Source: a virus (taxonomy: Duplodnaviria; Caudoviricetes). Taken from it: DNA of 42,897 nucleotides. This document shows positions 1 to 8,285 of this stretch, piece after piece. The notes below the pieces were generated by a model. The model was not told the DNA's origin and ran no database searches. It saw nothing but the letters and a program-made list of their open reading frames with translations. Both the position numbers and the translations under genes were made by a program. Every line of letters starts with the position of its first letter. The first letter of the stretch is position 1. The stretch is from the IMG/VR virus record IMGVR_UViG_3300010358_000005, positions 1 to 42,897 of that record; one strand, 5' to 3'.

Positions 1-264
1 CCCGGCGTATTCCTTGGTGTTGCCAGGCACAGGCAGCCACTCACCAGGCATGATGAGCTCAGCAGGCACCAGGATGACGGTGCGGAGAGCTCCCTTGACC
101 AGCATGACAGCGGGGCAGTCATCAGTGGGCTCAAAGGGCCCCTCGACATTGACCACACACAGGTCGGAGTAGCGGGAGGTGATGCCACCATTGGTGGTGT
201 CACAGGGCCAGGAGCGTGAGAACTCATTCTCAGCCTGGCGGTAAACGGAGACTCGGAGTCCCAT
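1..264 (-). CDS. conserved phage hypothetical protein, runs off the left edge
   Basis: Hand translation MGLRVSVYRQAENEFSRSWPCDTTNGGITSRYSDLCVVNVEGPFEP..., open to position 1; GAAAGGA RBS upstream; not in the ORF track. Confidence 0.75.
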   Translation of the reverse strand, partial: MGLRVSVYRQAENEFSRSWPCDTTNGGITSRYSDLCVVNVEGPFEPTDDCPAVMLVKGALRTVILVPAELIMPGEWLPVPGNTKEYAG

Positions 265-312
265 GGTGTCGGTTCCTTTCGGGGTGGTAGTGGCTGACGG
301 GGAGAACACTAG

Positions 313-343
313 CAGGGTGAGCGGGGATTGTCCCGTCACCCTG
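313..343. promoter_or_regulatory. inverted repeat CAGGGTGA-N15-TCACCCTG beside a minus-strand TAGTGT -10
   Basis: Read directly; the same arrangement occurs at 3115-3146 and 5031-5062. Confidence 0.5.
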
Positions 344-352
344 CCAGATTTC

Positions 353-553
353 TCAGACGTTGGGGATGTCGATAACGACAGGGATGGGCTGATCGAATCG
401 GGTGACGTTGCCCTCACCAAACTTGGCGACGGCCTCGTCAAAGGTGCAGCCATTGCTCAGGATGGGGTAGCCCTCATTCCATTCACCCACGTTTGACTGT
501 GGGCCCAGGACGGTGCCGAATCCATCACGGTCATGGTGCCAGGTGACTTTCAC
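353..553 (-). CDS. hypothetical protein
   Basis: ORF 353..628; start moved to GTG 553 behind GAAAGGAACC. Confidence 0.65.
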   Translation of the reverse strand: MKVTWHHDRDGFGTVLGPQSNVGEWNEGYPILSNGCTFDEAVAKFGEGNVTRFDQPIPVVIDIPNV

Positions 554-633
554 TGCGGTTCCTTTCGTTGCGGTAGCTGTATGCATCGGTGACCACCCTA
601 CAGGATGCCCACAAGCTGTGCTCGTCACCCTTG

Positions 634-649
634 TGTGACATGAGTCACA
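634..649. promoter_or_regulatory. CRP-family-like box TGTGA-N6-TCACA
   Basis: TGTGACATGAGTCACA in the divergent intergenic region. Confidence 0.5.
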
Positions 650-912
650 GGCTCAAAGAGCTCAGGAATCATGGGATGCATCGAGCACACAAGGAAAGCG
701 AGCAGCGCTTGTGTACCCCTCTTTGGGCCCATTGGCCCTTGTGCCATAAGGGTTTCACCGGTTGTCCACACCCTGTGCAAATCCCCTCAGAGGCTCTGTA
801 GCGGTCAGTCAAGGGTGACAGGGGCTCAGAGGGGGTAGCGGGGCTCACAGAGGCTTCCAGGGCCCTCTCAGGGCATTTGAGGAGGAGCCTGACAAGCCAA
901 ACGAGCTCAAGT

Positions 913-928
913 TGTGACCCATGTCACA
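913..928. promoter_or_regulatory. CRP-family-like box TGTGA-N6-TCACA
   Basis: TGTGACCCATGTCACA, just upstream of the 940-977 promoter. Confidence 0.5.
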
Positions 929-939
929 GACAAGTTGGG

Positions 940-977
940 CTCACCCGACTTGTGTCTGATCACCAGGGGTGTATCGT
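940..977 (+). promoter_or_regulatory. phage promoter CTCACCCGACTTGTGT-N16-TATCGT
   Basis: Repeated motif; GTG start 7 nt after the -10 (leaderless). Confidence 0.6.
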
Positions 978-984
978 GGTGGAC

Positions 985-1560
985 GTGAAAACGCAACCCA
1001 AACCCCAACCCAAAGGAGGTGGTGACACCGATCTGTACCTGGTCATTATCGGCCTGGCCGATGAAGAGACGGGGAGATTCGTGGGCTACACCCACGGCTC
1101 CCCGCCTCTGACCTGGCAGGACGCTCAAGAGCTCCAGCGCCAGCGGGAGAACACCCGCATGAGCAACGCTCGCACCAAGTACACCACCCTCAACCGCAAG
1201 ACCATCCTGGGCCACAACTACCAGGTGACGGCGTATGCCGTGCGGTCGATGAGTGACCCTCGTTTCGCTGGCCTCATTGGGCCCGGATTCGCTGACACCA
1301 TCCACCGCAAGGGATTCCTCGCTGGCAAGCCTGACCGTGGCTCTGGCCGCATCAAGGCTGCCAAAGCCTGGGCCAAAAAGCACGGGTGGACCGGTGCGCT
1401 GGGCGGCTGGATCTATGCCCCCACCACCAAGCACAACCCTCGCCCCAAGCCTGTCTGTCAGGGGTGGGAGTCATTCGCCATTCGTTGCGCCCGCCTGGGC
1501 CACATCCTCCAGGGCGCTGATGGTCGCTGGTACCTGATGGACCGCACCATCGTCCCCTGA
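985..1560 (+). CDS. hypothetical protein
   Basis: ORF 877..1560; start GTG 985 chosen from promoter position. Confidence 0.7.
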   Translation: MKTQPKPQPKGGGDTDLYLVIIGLADEETGRFVGYTHGSPPLTWQDAQELQRQRENTRMSNARTKYTTLNRKTILGHNYQVTAYAVRSMSDPRFAGLIGPGFADTIHRKGFLAGKPDRGSGRIKAAKAWAKKHGWTGALGGWIYAPTTKHNPRPKPVCQGWESFAIRCARLGHILQGADGRWYLMDRTIVP

Positions 1561-1571
1561 ACATTTCCGCT

Positions 1572-1608
1572 CGCCTGCCTTGTGTACAGGGCAGGCGTCC
1601 GGTACAGT
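1572..1608 (+). promoter_or_regulatory. hairpin CGCCTGCCTTGT/ACAGGGCAGGCG overlapping promoter TTGTGT-N17-TACAGT
   Basis: Intergenic inverted repeat 1572-1597; -10 at 1603-1608. Confidence 0.45.
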
Positions 1609-1654
1609 AAGAACCGCTACCAACCACACCAACAGAAACGGAGCACAGCCAGAA

Positions 1655-2653
1655 ATGGCAAGAGTCACATACGTCAAAGCTGCACAGCAGCGCTACAAGA
1701 TGGTGCCGGTCCTCGATGCCGATGGCAACCAGGTCATCACCGCAGTCACCCGCAAGAACGGGGACGCCAGGGTCACCAAGCGGGGCCGTGAGGTCACCCG
1801 CCGCCAGACCGTGGCTGACAAGAGCCAGCCCCTGCCCCCCGAGAAGTGCGGCAAGTGCGGCACCACCATCGAGGTGGGCATGCCCTACAAGCACATCAGC
1901 CCCAAGTCGGGCCCCTACGGCGGTCGCCGCATGGTGCGGTGCGCCTCCTGCCCCTCATGGCAGGTTTGGGAGTACAGCAGCAGCCTGTCGGCTCGCACCG
2001 CTGAAATCGCCCATGACTTCTGGAACGCTCTCGCTGAGTGCGACGACGAGGACAGCGTGCAGACCACGCTCAATGACGCCGCTGAGCGGGTGCGAGAGAT
2101 CGCTGAGGAAAAGCGTGAGGGCGCATCCAACATCGAAGAGGGTTTCGGTCACAGCACCTACCAATCCGATGAGCTCAACGACATTGCCGATCAGCTTGAC
2201 TCCTGGGCCGATGAAATCGAGGGTGCCACCATCCCCGAGTACCCCGAGGCTGAGGAGCAGGACTGCGAGGACTGCGAGGGCTCAGGCGAGGTCGAGAACG
2301 AGGATTGGGCTGAGCTCGACACTGAGCACGAGGAGCTCTTAATCAAGATCCGGGCCGTTGAAAAGCGGCTGGCAGAGCTCAAGGGTCAGCCCTTTGAGCC
2401 CAAGGTGGTCACCCACATCCCTGGCCTGGCTGACATCACCGATGTTCAGGAGGTCACCAAGATGCTGGCGGCTCTCAAAAAGCGAGAGGCTGAGGTCGAG
2501 GAGGCTCTGGCTGACATCGATGCCACCACCCCCTGCGACACCTGTGATGGCTCCGGGCGCATCGAGCCTGACGAGCCCACCGATGAGCAGATTGCTGACT
2601 GGAAGTCAGAGTGCGAGTCGGATCTCTCCATCGTGGATGAGTGCCCGGTATGA
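1655..2653 (+). CDS. Zn-binding coiled-coil protein (CxxC pairs, split CxxCxGxG finger)
   Basis: CGKC/CASC pair; CEDCEGSG and CDTCDGSG flank a coiled coil; ATG 1655 after GGAG. Confidence 0.75.
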   Translation: MARVTYVKAAQQRYKMVPVLDADGNQVITAVTRKNGDARVTKRGREVTRRQTVADKSQPLPPEKCGKCGTTIEVGMPYKHISPKSGPYGGRRMVRCASCPSWQVWEYSSSLSARTAEIAHDFWNALAECDDEDSVQTTLNDAAERVREIAEEKREGASNIEEGFGHSTYQSDELNDIADQLDSWADEIEGATIPEYPEAEEQDCEDCEGSGEVENEDWAELDTEHEELLIKIRAVEKRLAELKGQPFEPKVVTHIPGLADITDVQEVTKMLAALKKREAEVEEALADIDATTPCDTCDGSGRIEPDEPTDEQIADWKSECESDLSIVDECPV

Positions 2654-3108
2654 GCCAGCTAACCGTCACCGTGACCGATGAGGAATTGTCAGCCCTGCGT
2701 TGCTGGCACCGAGACGAGGAGGTGAGCCTGCGGGATCTGCGGCCAGTGCTCGACAAGCTGGCCCAGGTGGCTTACAACCACCGCACTCAGGACGAGCTCA
2801 ACAAGGAGCGGTACCGAGGTGTGCTGTGGTACACCTGGCCCGAGGATCCTGAGGATCTCCCACCTGATGCTGACGGGCCCGGAGTGGCAGCAGACATCGA
2901 GCCTGCATTCTCCTGGCCTGGTGGCTGGTTCGTGACCGTCATGCCCCTGCATCAGACCAGGGAGTGGCAATGGAAGCTGTGGTGGGCCAACAGTCTGGAT
3001 GGGGACGAGCACCTGACTGAGTCAGGCACCTCCCGTGACAAGCACATGGGCCAGTACGACGCATACCAGGCCATCCTCAAGGCAGAGGAGGAAGCAGAGC
3101 CATTCTGA
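2650..3108 (+). CDS. hypothetical protein
   Basis: ATGA overlap with the upstream stop. Confidence 0.7.
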   Translation: MSQLTVTVTDEELSALRCWHRDEEVSLRDLRPVLDKLAQVAYNHRTQDELNKERYRGVLWYTWPEDPEDLPPDADGPGVAADIEPAFSWPGGWFVTVMPLHQTREWQWKLWWANSLDGDEHLTESGTSRDKHMGQYDAYQAILKAEEEAEPF

Positions 3109-3114
3109 CGAGCT

Positions 3115-3176
3115 CAGGGTGAGCAGAACAATTTCTGCTCACCCTGACTTGTATTGTCTCACCCACCCTGTATAAT
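3115..3176 (+). promoter_or_regulatory. hairpin/operator CAGGGTGA-N16-TCACCCTG plus promoter TTGTAT-N16-TATAAT
   Basis: Perfect TATAAT at 3171-3176; CTCACCCTGACTTGT motif. Confidence 0.65.
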
Positions 3177-3213
3177 GGGGTCAGTCAGTTACACCTACCA
3201 CGAAAGGGGCGAC

Positions 3214-4260
3214 ATGCCCACCACCCGCAAGACCACCAAAATGCAGCCCACCAAGGCTCCCAAAGTCTCCAAGGCTCCCCGTGACGCTGCTCAGACCCTG
3301 ACCAACGCCGTCATCATCGAGATTGAGGCGCAGCTTGCTGCGGCTGAGCGTGGCGACATGGTCATCATGCCCTGGAGCAAGCCTTGGAACAATGGCAGTG
3401 CCATGGTTGGCATGCCTCGCAGCCTCGCCACTGGCAAGTGGTACCGGGGCATCAACATCTTCGTGCTCTGGCTGACAGCCATGAGCAAGGGCTACACCTC
3501 CGACCTGTGGGCCACCTACAAGCAGATCGCTGAGCGTGGAGGCCAGGTCCGCAAGGGCGAGAAGAGCGTCGAGATTGTCTTCTGGACAATCTGGAAGACC
3601 ACCGAAATGGTCAATGGCAAGCCGGTCGAGAAGAGGATCCCATTCCTCCGCATCTTCCATGTATTCAACATCGAGCAGGCTGACTGGCCTGAGGGCTCCC
3701 GCAAGCCAAAGACCGCTGAGCCCGTGGAGGCGACCGAGAACCCGGACCAGCCCATCGACCACGCCATGGAGCTCGTCGCTGACTACCTGGCTGACGGCCC
3801 CTCGCTTGACCACGATGGTGGCAACCGTGCCTTTTACACCCCCAAGACCGATGGTGTGCACATGCCTGAGTTTGAGGTCTTTGAGAGCGCTGAGCATTAT
3901 TACAGCACCCTCTACCACGAGCTCACCCACAGCACCGGCCATGACAGCCGCCTCAAGAGGGACGGCATTGCCGATGGCACGTTCGGTCCCTTTGGCTCCG
4001 AAACGTATTCGCAGGAAGAGCTCGTGGCCGAAATGGGCGCAGCCATGATGTGTGCCATTGCTGGCATCAACCAGGCTGCCACCATGCCCGCCAGCGTCGC
4101 CTATATCAAGCACTGGCTCGGCAAGCTGCGTGAGGACAAGAACCTGCTGATCCGGGCTGCCAGCCAGGCGCAAAAAGCCGTCGACCGCATGATCGGCACC
4201 ACGTTCGATCAGGTGGAGGAAGAGGACGAGAACAACGAGCAGGAGCTCGTGTCAGCATGA
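3214..4260 (+). CDS. ardC: ArdC-like antirestriction / ssDNA-binding protein with C-terminal zincin-like domain
   Basis: PWSKPW, YRGIN, WATYKQ..GGQVRKGEK, VFNIEQ, YYSTLYHELTHSTGH, YSQEELVAEMGA, YIKHWL motifs. Confidence 0.88.
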   Translation: MPTTRKTTKMQPTKAPKVSKAPRDAAQTLTNAVIIEIEAQLAAAERGDMVIMPWSKPWNNGSAMVGMPRSLATGKWYRGINIFVLWLTAMSKGYTSDLWATYKQIAERGGQVRKGEKSVEIVFWTIWKTTEMVNGKPVEKRIPFLRIFHVFNIEQADWPEGSRKPKTAEPVEATENPDQPIDHAMELVADYLADGPSLDHDGGNRAFYTPKTDGVHMPEFEVFESAEHYYSTLYHELTHSTGHDSRLKRDGIADGTFGPFGSETYSQEELVAEMGAAMMCAIAGINQAATMPASVAYIKHWLGKLREDKNLLIRAASQAQKAVDRMIGTTFDQVEEEDENNEQELVSA

Positions 4261-4514
4261 CCGACCGCCAGATGATCCAAATCCTGACCGTGCACCACAA
4301 GCACGGTCAGGATGTATTCCTCTGTGACCCCACCACCGACCAGGCCAAGGAAATCCTCCTGTCCTGGGCCCAGGCGGATTGGGATGACCAGGTCAGCGGT
4401 GAGATACCTGCCGATGACGACGAGGTGATTCGTGTCTACTTCGATACCGTCGAGGAGGAGTGGGTGGAGGACAACTTCATCGAACTCCCCCATGGGTTCG
4501 GTCGACTGCCATGA
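4257..4514 (+). CDS. hypothetical acidic protein
   Basis: ATGA-coupled ORF. Confidence 0.7.
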   Translation: MTDRQMIQILTVHHKHGQDVFLCDPTTDQAKEILLSWAQADWDDQVSGEIPADDDEVIRVYFDTVEEEWVEDNFIELPHGFGRLP

Positions 4515-4843
4515 TCAAGTTTGACGAGGACATCCACTGCCGTGCCTGTGCTGGCCTGGGTGAGAACCCTCGCACCGAGGTCGACTGTCCCTACTGCGAT
4601 GGCTCTGGCTACAAAGAGATCCAGGTGGGCAGTGGGCCCAGGTCAATCCTGACCCATGTCATCCTGCCTGGAGTGCTCTCAGCGCCCCCTGGAAAGCCGT
4701 ATATGGCTCCCGTTATGACTGGCTGCCATAGGAGGCTATCTGGCCTGATGAGCGTCTCCTGGGTCAATCCAGAGTGGGCTGCGGGCCACATCGATTGCAA
4801 TGCCTGTATCGGTTACATCCTCGATGAGATCCTGGCGAAATGA
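4511..4843 (+). CDS. DnaJ-type Zn-finger (CxxCxGxG) hypothetical protein
   Basis: CRACAGLG, CPYCDGSG, CNAC; ATGA coupling. Confidence 0.65.
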   Translation: MIKFDEDIHCRACAGLGENPRTEVDCPYCDGSGYKEIQVGSGPRSILTHVILPGVLSAPPGKPYMAPVMTGCHRRLSGLMSVSWVNPEWAAGHIDCNACIGYILDEILAK

Positions 4844-5028
4844 CTGCGACCAAGGGCAGGCAGTGCCGGGGCAAGAAAGCGTATGCCACCAGGGGGGCGG
4901 CTCAGGCCGTCTCCTCCTGGCTCATCCGGCACATGGGCTCCCTACCGGCTCACGTCAGTGTCTACCGGTGCAAGCACTGCAAGCTGTACCACGTCGGGCA
5001 TCGGCCCCGATACAAGATGAAGAAATAG
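4840..5028 (+). CDS. small basic Zn-binding protein
   Basis: C..KKAY.T...A and YRCKHCKLYHVGH. Confidence 0.7.
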   Translation: MTATKGRQCRGKKAYATRGAAQAVSSWLIRHMGSLPAHVSVYRCKHCKLYHVGHRPRYKMKK

Positions 5029-5030
5029 CT

Positions 5031-5068
5031 CAGGGTGACACAACCTGAGTGAGCTCACCTGGTATACT
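5031..5068 (+). promoter_or_regulatory. CAGGGTGA-N16-TCACCTGG followed by TATACT -10
   Basis: Intergenic, upstream of a CTACCACGAAAGG leader. Confidence 0.55.
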
Positions 5069-5114
5069 GAGCTCCAACAGCAGCTACCTACCACGAAAGG
5101 CAACAACCACCGCA

Positions 5115-5486
5115 ATGACCACCACATTCATCTACGTCGGCAAGGCTGACAGCCTGCAAGACCCTCCGACCCACCTCGCCAAAGAGGACGACGTGGCCTG
5201 GGGCGACCTGGGCAAGACCCTGTGCGGGCGCTCGCTGGAGTCCCTGTTCTTCGGGGACGAGACGCAGTCGGGGCTCGCAGCTACCTGCAAGACGTGCACT
5301 CGCATCGCCCGCAAGCTGAATTGGCCCGCTGCCCCCATGCCTGACCAGGTGCCTTACACCGTGCCTGACAGCCGGGGCAACCGGGTGCGAGTCGAGGGCT
5401 GCGACCGCTGCGTATGCGGTTGCAAGTATTGGGAGAACGACCGCTGCGTCGACTGTGGCGGCACCGACATCCGAGAGGGGGACTGA
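5115..5486 (+). CDS. Cys-rich hypothetical protein
   Basis: TLCG..CKTC and GCDRCVCGCKYWENDRCVDCG; GAAAGG upstream. Confidence 0.7.
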   Translation: MTTTFIYVGKADSLQDPPTHLAKEDDVAWGDLGKTLCGRSLESLFFGDETQSGLAATCKTCTRIARKLNWPAAPMPDQVPYTVPDSRGNRVRVEGCDRCVCGCKYWENDRCVDCGGTDIREGD

Positions 5487-5488
5487 CC

Positions 5489-5728
5489 ATGTGGGTCATC
5501 ACCGTGTACGGCTTTGAGTGCCGTGCTGGCACCCGCATCACCATTGGCTGTGAGGACATGGCTGAGTGCGTCAGTGTCGCCGCCGAAATACTCGGTTACA
5601 CCACCCGAGTGACCTATAAGGACCGTCCCATCTGCCGCACCCCGGACGAGGAGGCTCGTGCTGACCGGCTGGTCGAGCTCGTGGCTCCCATGATCTTCGG
5701 GCCCCGCCAGGAAGCCGTGTACAACTGA
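5489..5728 (+). CDS. hypothetical protein
   Basis: ATG after GAGGGGG. Confidence 0.6.
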   Translation: MWVITVYGFECRAGTRITIGCEDMAECVSVAAEILGYTTRVTYKDRPICRTPDEEARADRLVELVAPMIFGPRQEAVYN

Positions 5729-6003
5729 TGAAAGCCAACCTGATGCTCGCTAAGGACGATGAGGGTTGGGCCCACATCGTCAAGAACCCCGAGACAATCG
5801 ACGGACGCCCCGTTCATTTCCATCACCTCTCCACCCTGTGTGGGCAGTACATCCCCGAAAGCTGGCAGCCCATCCAGATCGAGGGGGCCACCGCAGAAGA
5901 GGTGGTGGAGATTGGAGCCGACACCGGCTTCATCTGCGATGCCTGCACGAGCCTGTTCGGAGGCGACTCCGGTGCGGGCGGCGGGAAGAGCCACCAGCGA
6001 TGA
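5728..6003 (+). CDS. hypothetical protein (TLCG..CDAC)
   Basis: TGATG coupling. Confidence 0.6.
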   Translation: MKANLMLAKDDEGWAHIVKNPETIDGRPVHFHHLSTLCGQYIPESWQPIQIEGATAEEVVEIGADTGFICDACTSLFGGDSGAGGGKSHQR

Positions 6004-6197
6004 GCCAGTGTGAGCACTGTGGGCGGGACGAGCAGGAGGCCAGAGAAGAGCGGCACCGTGCCAACAACGAGGCTCTGATCCGTGAGCTCCTGGCCTGGAT
6101 CGCACAGAAGAAAAATCCACAAGCTGACCGCACTCTGATTGTCTCATCTGATAGAGTGACACCAGTGATCAGCCCCGACAACGTACCGGCGAAGTAA
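6000..6197 (+). CDS. hypothetical protein
   Basis: ATGA coupling, MSQCEHCG... Confidence 0.5.
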   Translation: MSQCEHCGRDEQEAREERHRANNEALIRELLAWIAQKKNPQADRTLIVSSDRVTPVISPDNVPAK

Positions 6198-6260
6198 CCG
6201 GTCCTGGCTCAAGGGTCTGAGGTCTGTACCAGGCAGGGTTCCTGGTGACGGGCTGATCGC
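6165..6260 (+). ncRNA. candidate structured 5' leader RNA
   Basis: 11-bp closing stem GTGATCAGCCC/GGGCTGATCGC, internal hairpins, TG-n-TAGAGT at 6149-6157. Confidence 0.35.
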
Positions 6261-6296
6261 TATCAACAACAGCAACGACTACCACGAAAGGCAACA

Positions 6297-6752
6297 ATGT
6301 CCAACAACCCACTCATTGAGAGGACGGCTACCGGCCAGCCTCTCACCCCCAACCACTACAACACCCCGTATCGGCTCCTGAATGGCTACGTCCAGAACGA
6401 GGAGCACCCCGACACATTCGCCATCCCCGATCAGGTCATCCTGCTGTACATCATCCGCCCTGGCGACTTCGTCAAGCTGTGCTTCATCCCTGAGGCGCAG
6501 GAGCCCGGTGAGGACGACTTCGGCGCTGAGCGCATGTGGGTCGAGGTGGTCAAGAACCGTGGCTACGGTGACTGGACCGGCACGCTCGCCAACACCCCGT
6601 TCAGTGACATCTATGGCATCCACGCCGGGGACGAGCTCATGTTCTCCTGGCTGAACGTCATCGACTACGAGCTCAACCCGGCACTCCCCACCATCGAGGA
6701 GCGCATCGCTGAGTTGGAGCAGCCCCGCAAGCGGGGGAGGCACGCCCGATGA
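6297..6752 (+). CDS. DUF2314/YegJ-like hypothetical protein
   Basis: VKLCF..ERMWVEV..GTLANTP pattern. Confidence 0.6.
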   Translation: MSNNPLIERTATGQPLTPNHYNTPYRLLNGYVQNEEHPDTFAIPDQVILLYIIRPGDFVKLCFIPEAQEPGEDDFGAERMWVEVVKNRGYGDWTGTLANTPFSDIYGIHAGDELMFSWLNVIDYELNPALPTIEERIAELEQPRKRGRHAR

Positions 6753-7075
6753 GTCTGGATTACGTCTTCGGGCCCGTGGTGGCCGTCAGCGAGAGCATGA
6801 TCAACACCAACCTGCAATTCTTCCGGGTGAAGAACAATCAGCCAGAATGGCCGGGGGAATACCCCTACGGTTGGGCATGGGACACCGATGACGGCCTGGG
6901 CTACCAGGGTGACGCCTCCGGTGGCGGCTATGCCACCGATCCCATGGAGGCCATCGATGACCTGTTGCGGGCGCTGCGAGAGGAGCTCACCGACCGAGTG
7001 GAGGAGTGGTACGAAACCCACCCCAAGGCTCAGGCAGCCCTCGACAAGCACCGTGCCGAAATGAGCAGACGATGA
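6749..7075 (+). CDS. hypothetical protein
   Basis: ATGA coupling. Confidence 0.65.
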   Translation: MSLDYVFGPVVAVSESMINTNLQFFRVKNNQPEWPGEYPYGWAWDTDDGLGYQGDASGGGYATDPMEAIDDLLRALREELTDRVEEWYETHPKAQAALDKHRAEMSRR

Positions 7076-7368
7076 GCAACGCCAACATCGGCCCCGCTGA
7101 GGGCACCGCTAACCACCTGGCCTGGGAGCTCGACAGGGAGGCTGCGGACCTGATCCGTGACCTCCAGTCCATCATCCACACCGTGGAGTCCATTCAGGAC
7201 GATGTCAAGGTGGGCAACTTCGCCTGGTGGGCGGCGCACAACCAGGGGATCATCCATTCCGCCACCCGCATCGACCGCCAGTTAAACCGCTGCGACGCCC
7301 TTAAAAAGGCCATCGGCATCGCTGAGGGCTACGTCACCATCGAGAAAGAGGCGGCGAGCAATGGCTGA
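7072..7368 (+). CDS. hypothetical protein
   Basis: ATGA coupling, MSNANIG. Confidence 0.65.
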   Translation: MSNANIGPAEGTANHLAWELDREAADLIRDLQSIIHTVESIQDDVKVGNFAWWAAHNQGIIHSATRIDRQLNRCDALKKAIGIAEGYVTIEKEAASNG

Positions 7369-7537
7369 CTTCATCACCCCCCGCCACCTGGCTGAGCTCG
7401 CTACCCACATCGAGCAGAAGCAGTACGAGCCCGTGGAGATCCACCTGGCTACCAACGGGTTCCACGGTGGGGTCGACGCTGAGCTCACCGTCGAGGGCGA
7501 GTTCATTTGGGAAACCGTCAAGGTGGTGCTCAGGTGA
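7361..7537 (+). CDS. hypothetical protein (58 aa)
   Basis: Hand translation MADFITPRHLAELATHIEQ...; fills the gap and overlaps both neighbours. Confidence 0.6.
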   Translation: MADFITPRHLAELATHIEQKQYEPVEIHLATNGFHGGVDAELTVEGEFIWETVKVVLR

Positions 7538-7803
7538 GCAAGAAGCAGAAGCAGACCATGGCTCCAGAGGGCTCTGTAGAGCCCCAGGAGCCCGTGGAGC
7601 TCTACAAGGTGAGTGTCACCAAGTGGGAACACGGCAAGGGCCGTACAGAGGCCATGCCTGAGGGGCCCGTCCGAGACATCATCCTGGCGTCAGCCAGAAC
7701 AGCGATGGACATCTTCCCCTCCCTCACCGAGGTCACCTACCGGGCCAAGGAAGCCGGTGGAGAGCAGATCACCGTGTATCGAAAGGAAGCACCGACCCCA
7801 TGA
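7534..7803 (+). CDS. hypothetical protein
   Basis: GTGA coupling. Confidence 0.6.
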   Translation: MSKKQKQTMAPEGSVEPQEPVELYKVSVTKWEHGKGRTEAMPEGPVRDIILASARTAMDIFPSLTEVTYRAKEAGGEQITVYRKEAPTP

Positions 7804-8285
7804 GAGAAATGACCGGCGACGCCATCACCCTGCGGGATCTGCGTCGAGCTCACAGCAAGCTGAACGACGCCATCTACTGGATGGAGGTCGCTAGCGAGGA
7901 CGCACAGGCTCTGCGGATCGCTCGCTCCATCATCGAGAACACGGTGGTGGAGATCAACGAGCAGTGCCTGCTCTGCAAGGACAGCTTCCCCCGCACATTT
8001 CCTGTCATCGCCGCTGGCGACCCCATACCGGGTGCGCTGATCTGTGGTGACTGCAACAAGCGGGTCACCGACGCCACCATGGTCGATGACCCTGACGACG
8101 AATCGCTGCGTGGCCTGGTGGGCTACGAGCGCTCGCTGTACCGCATGCGTCGCAGCGAGCTCGTCGCTGAGGGCCACAAATACGGTGTCGAGACTGAGCA
8201 CCGTGGACAGCAAACCATCATCCGCAAAATCCTGGAGGCTCGCAACCTCCTCCTAACCGAAGAAGAAAGGCTGGAAACCGAATGA
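7800..8285 (+). CDS. hypothetical protein with CxxC..CxxC
   Basis: CLLC, CGDC; GAAAGGA RBS. Confidence 0.65.
   Translation: MREMTGDAITLRDLRRAHSKLNDAIYWMEVASEDAQALRIARSIIENTVVEINEQCLLCKDSFPRTFPVIAAGDPIPGALICGDCNKRVTDATMVDDPDDESLRGLVGYERSLYRMRRSELVAEGHKYGVETEHRGQQTIIRKILEARNLLLTEEERLETE

Noticed and set aside
780-880. Short repeats CTCAGAGG / GGGGCTCA as iterons or a genome end
   Set aside because: Too short and irregular to support.
6165-6260. Assignment to hammerhead, twister, HDV-like ribozyme or c-di-GMP-I riboswitch
   Set aside because: Only fragmentary resemblance; core consensus elements not found.
271-6297. CRISPR array from repeated intergenic motifs
   Set aside because: Repeats are short, far apart and tied to gene starts, with no regular spacers.
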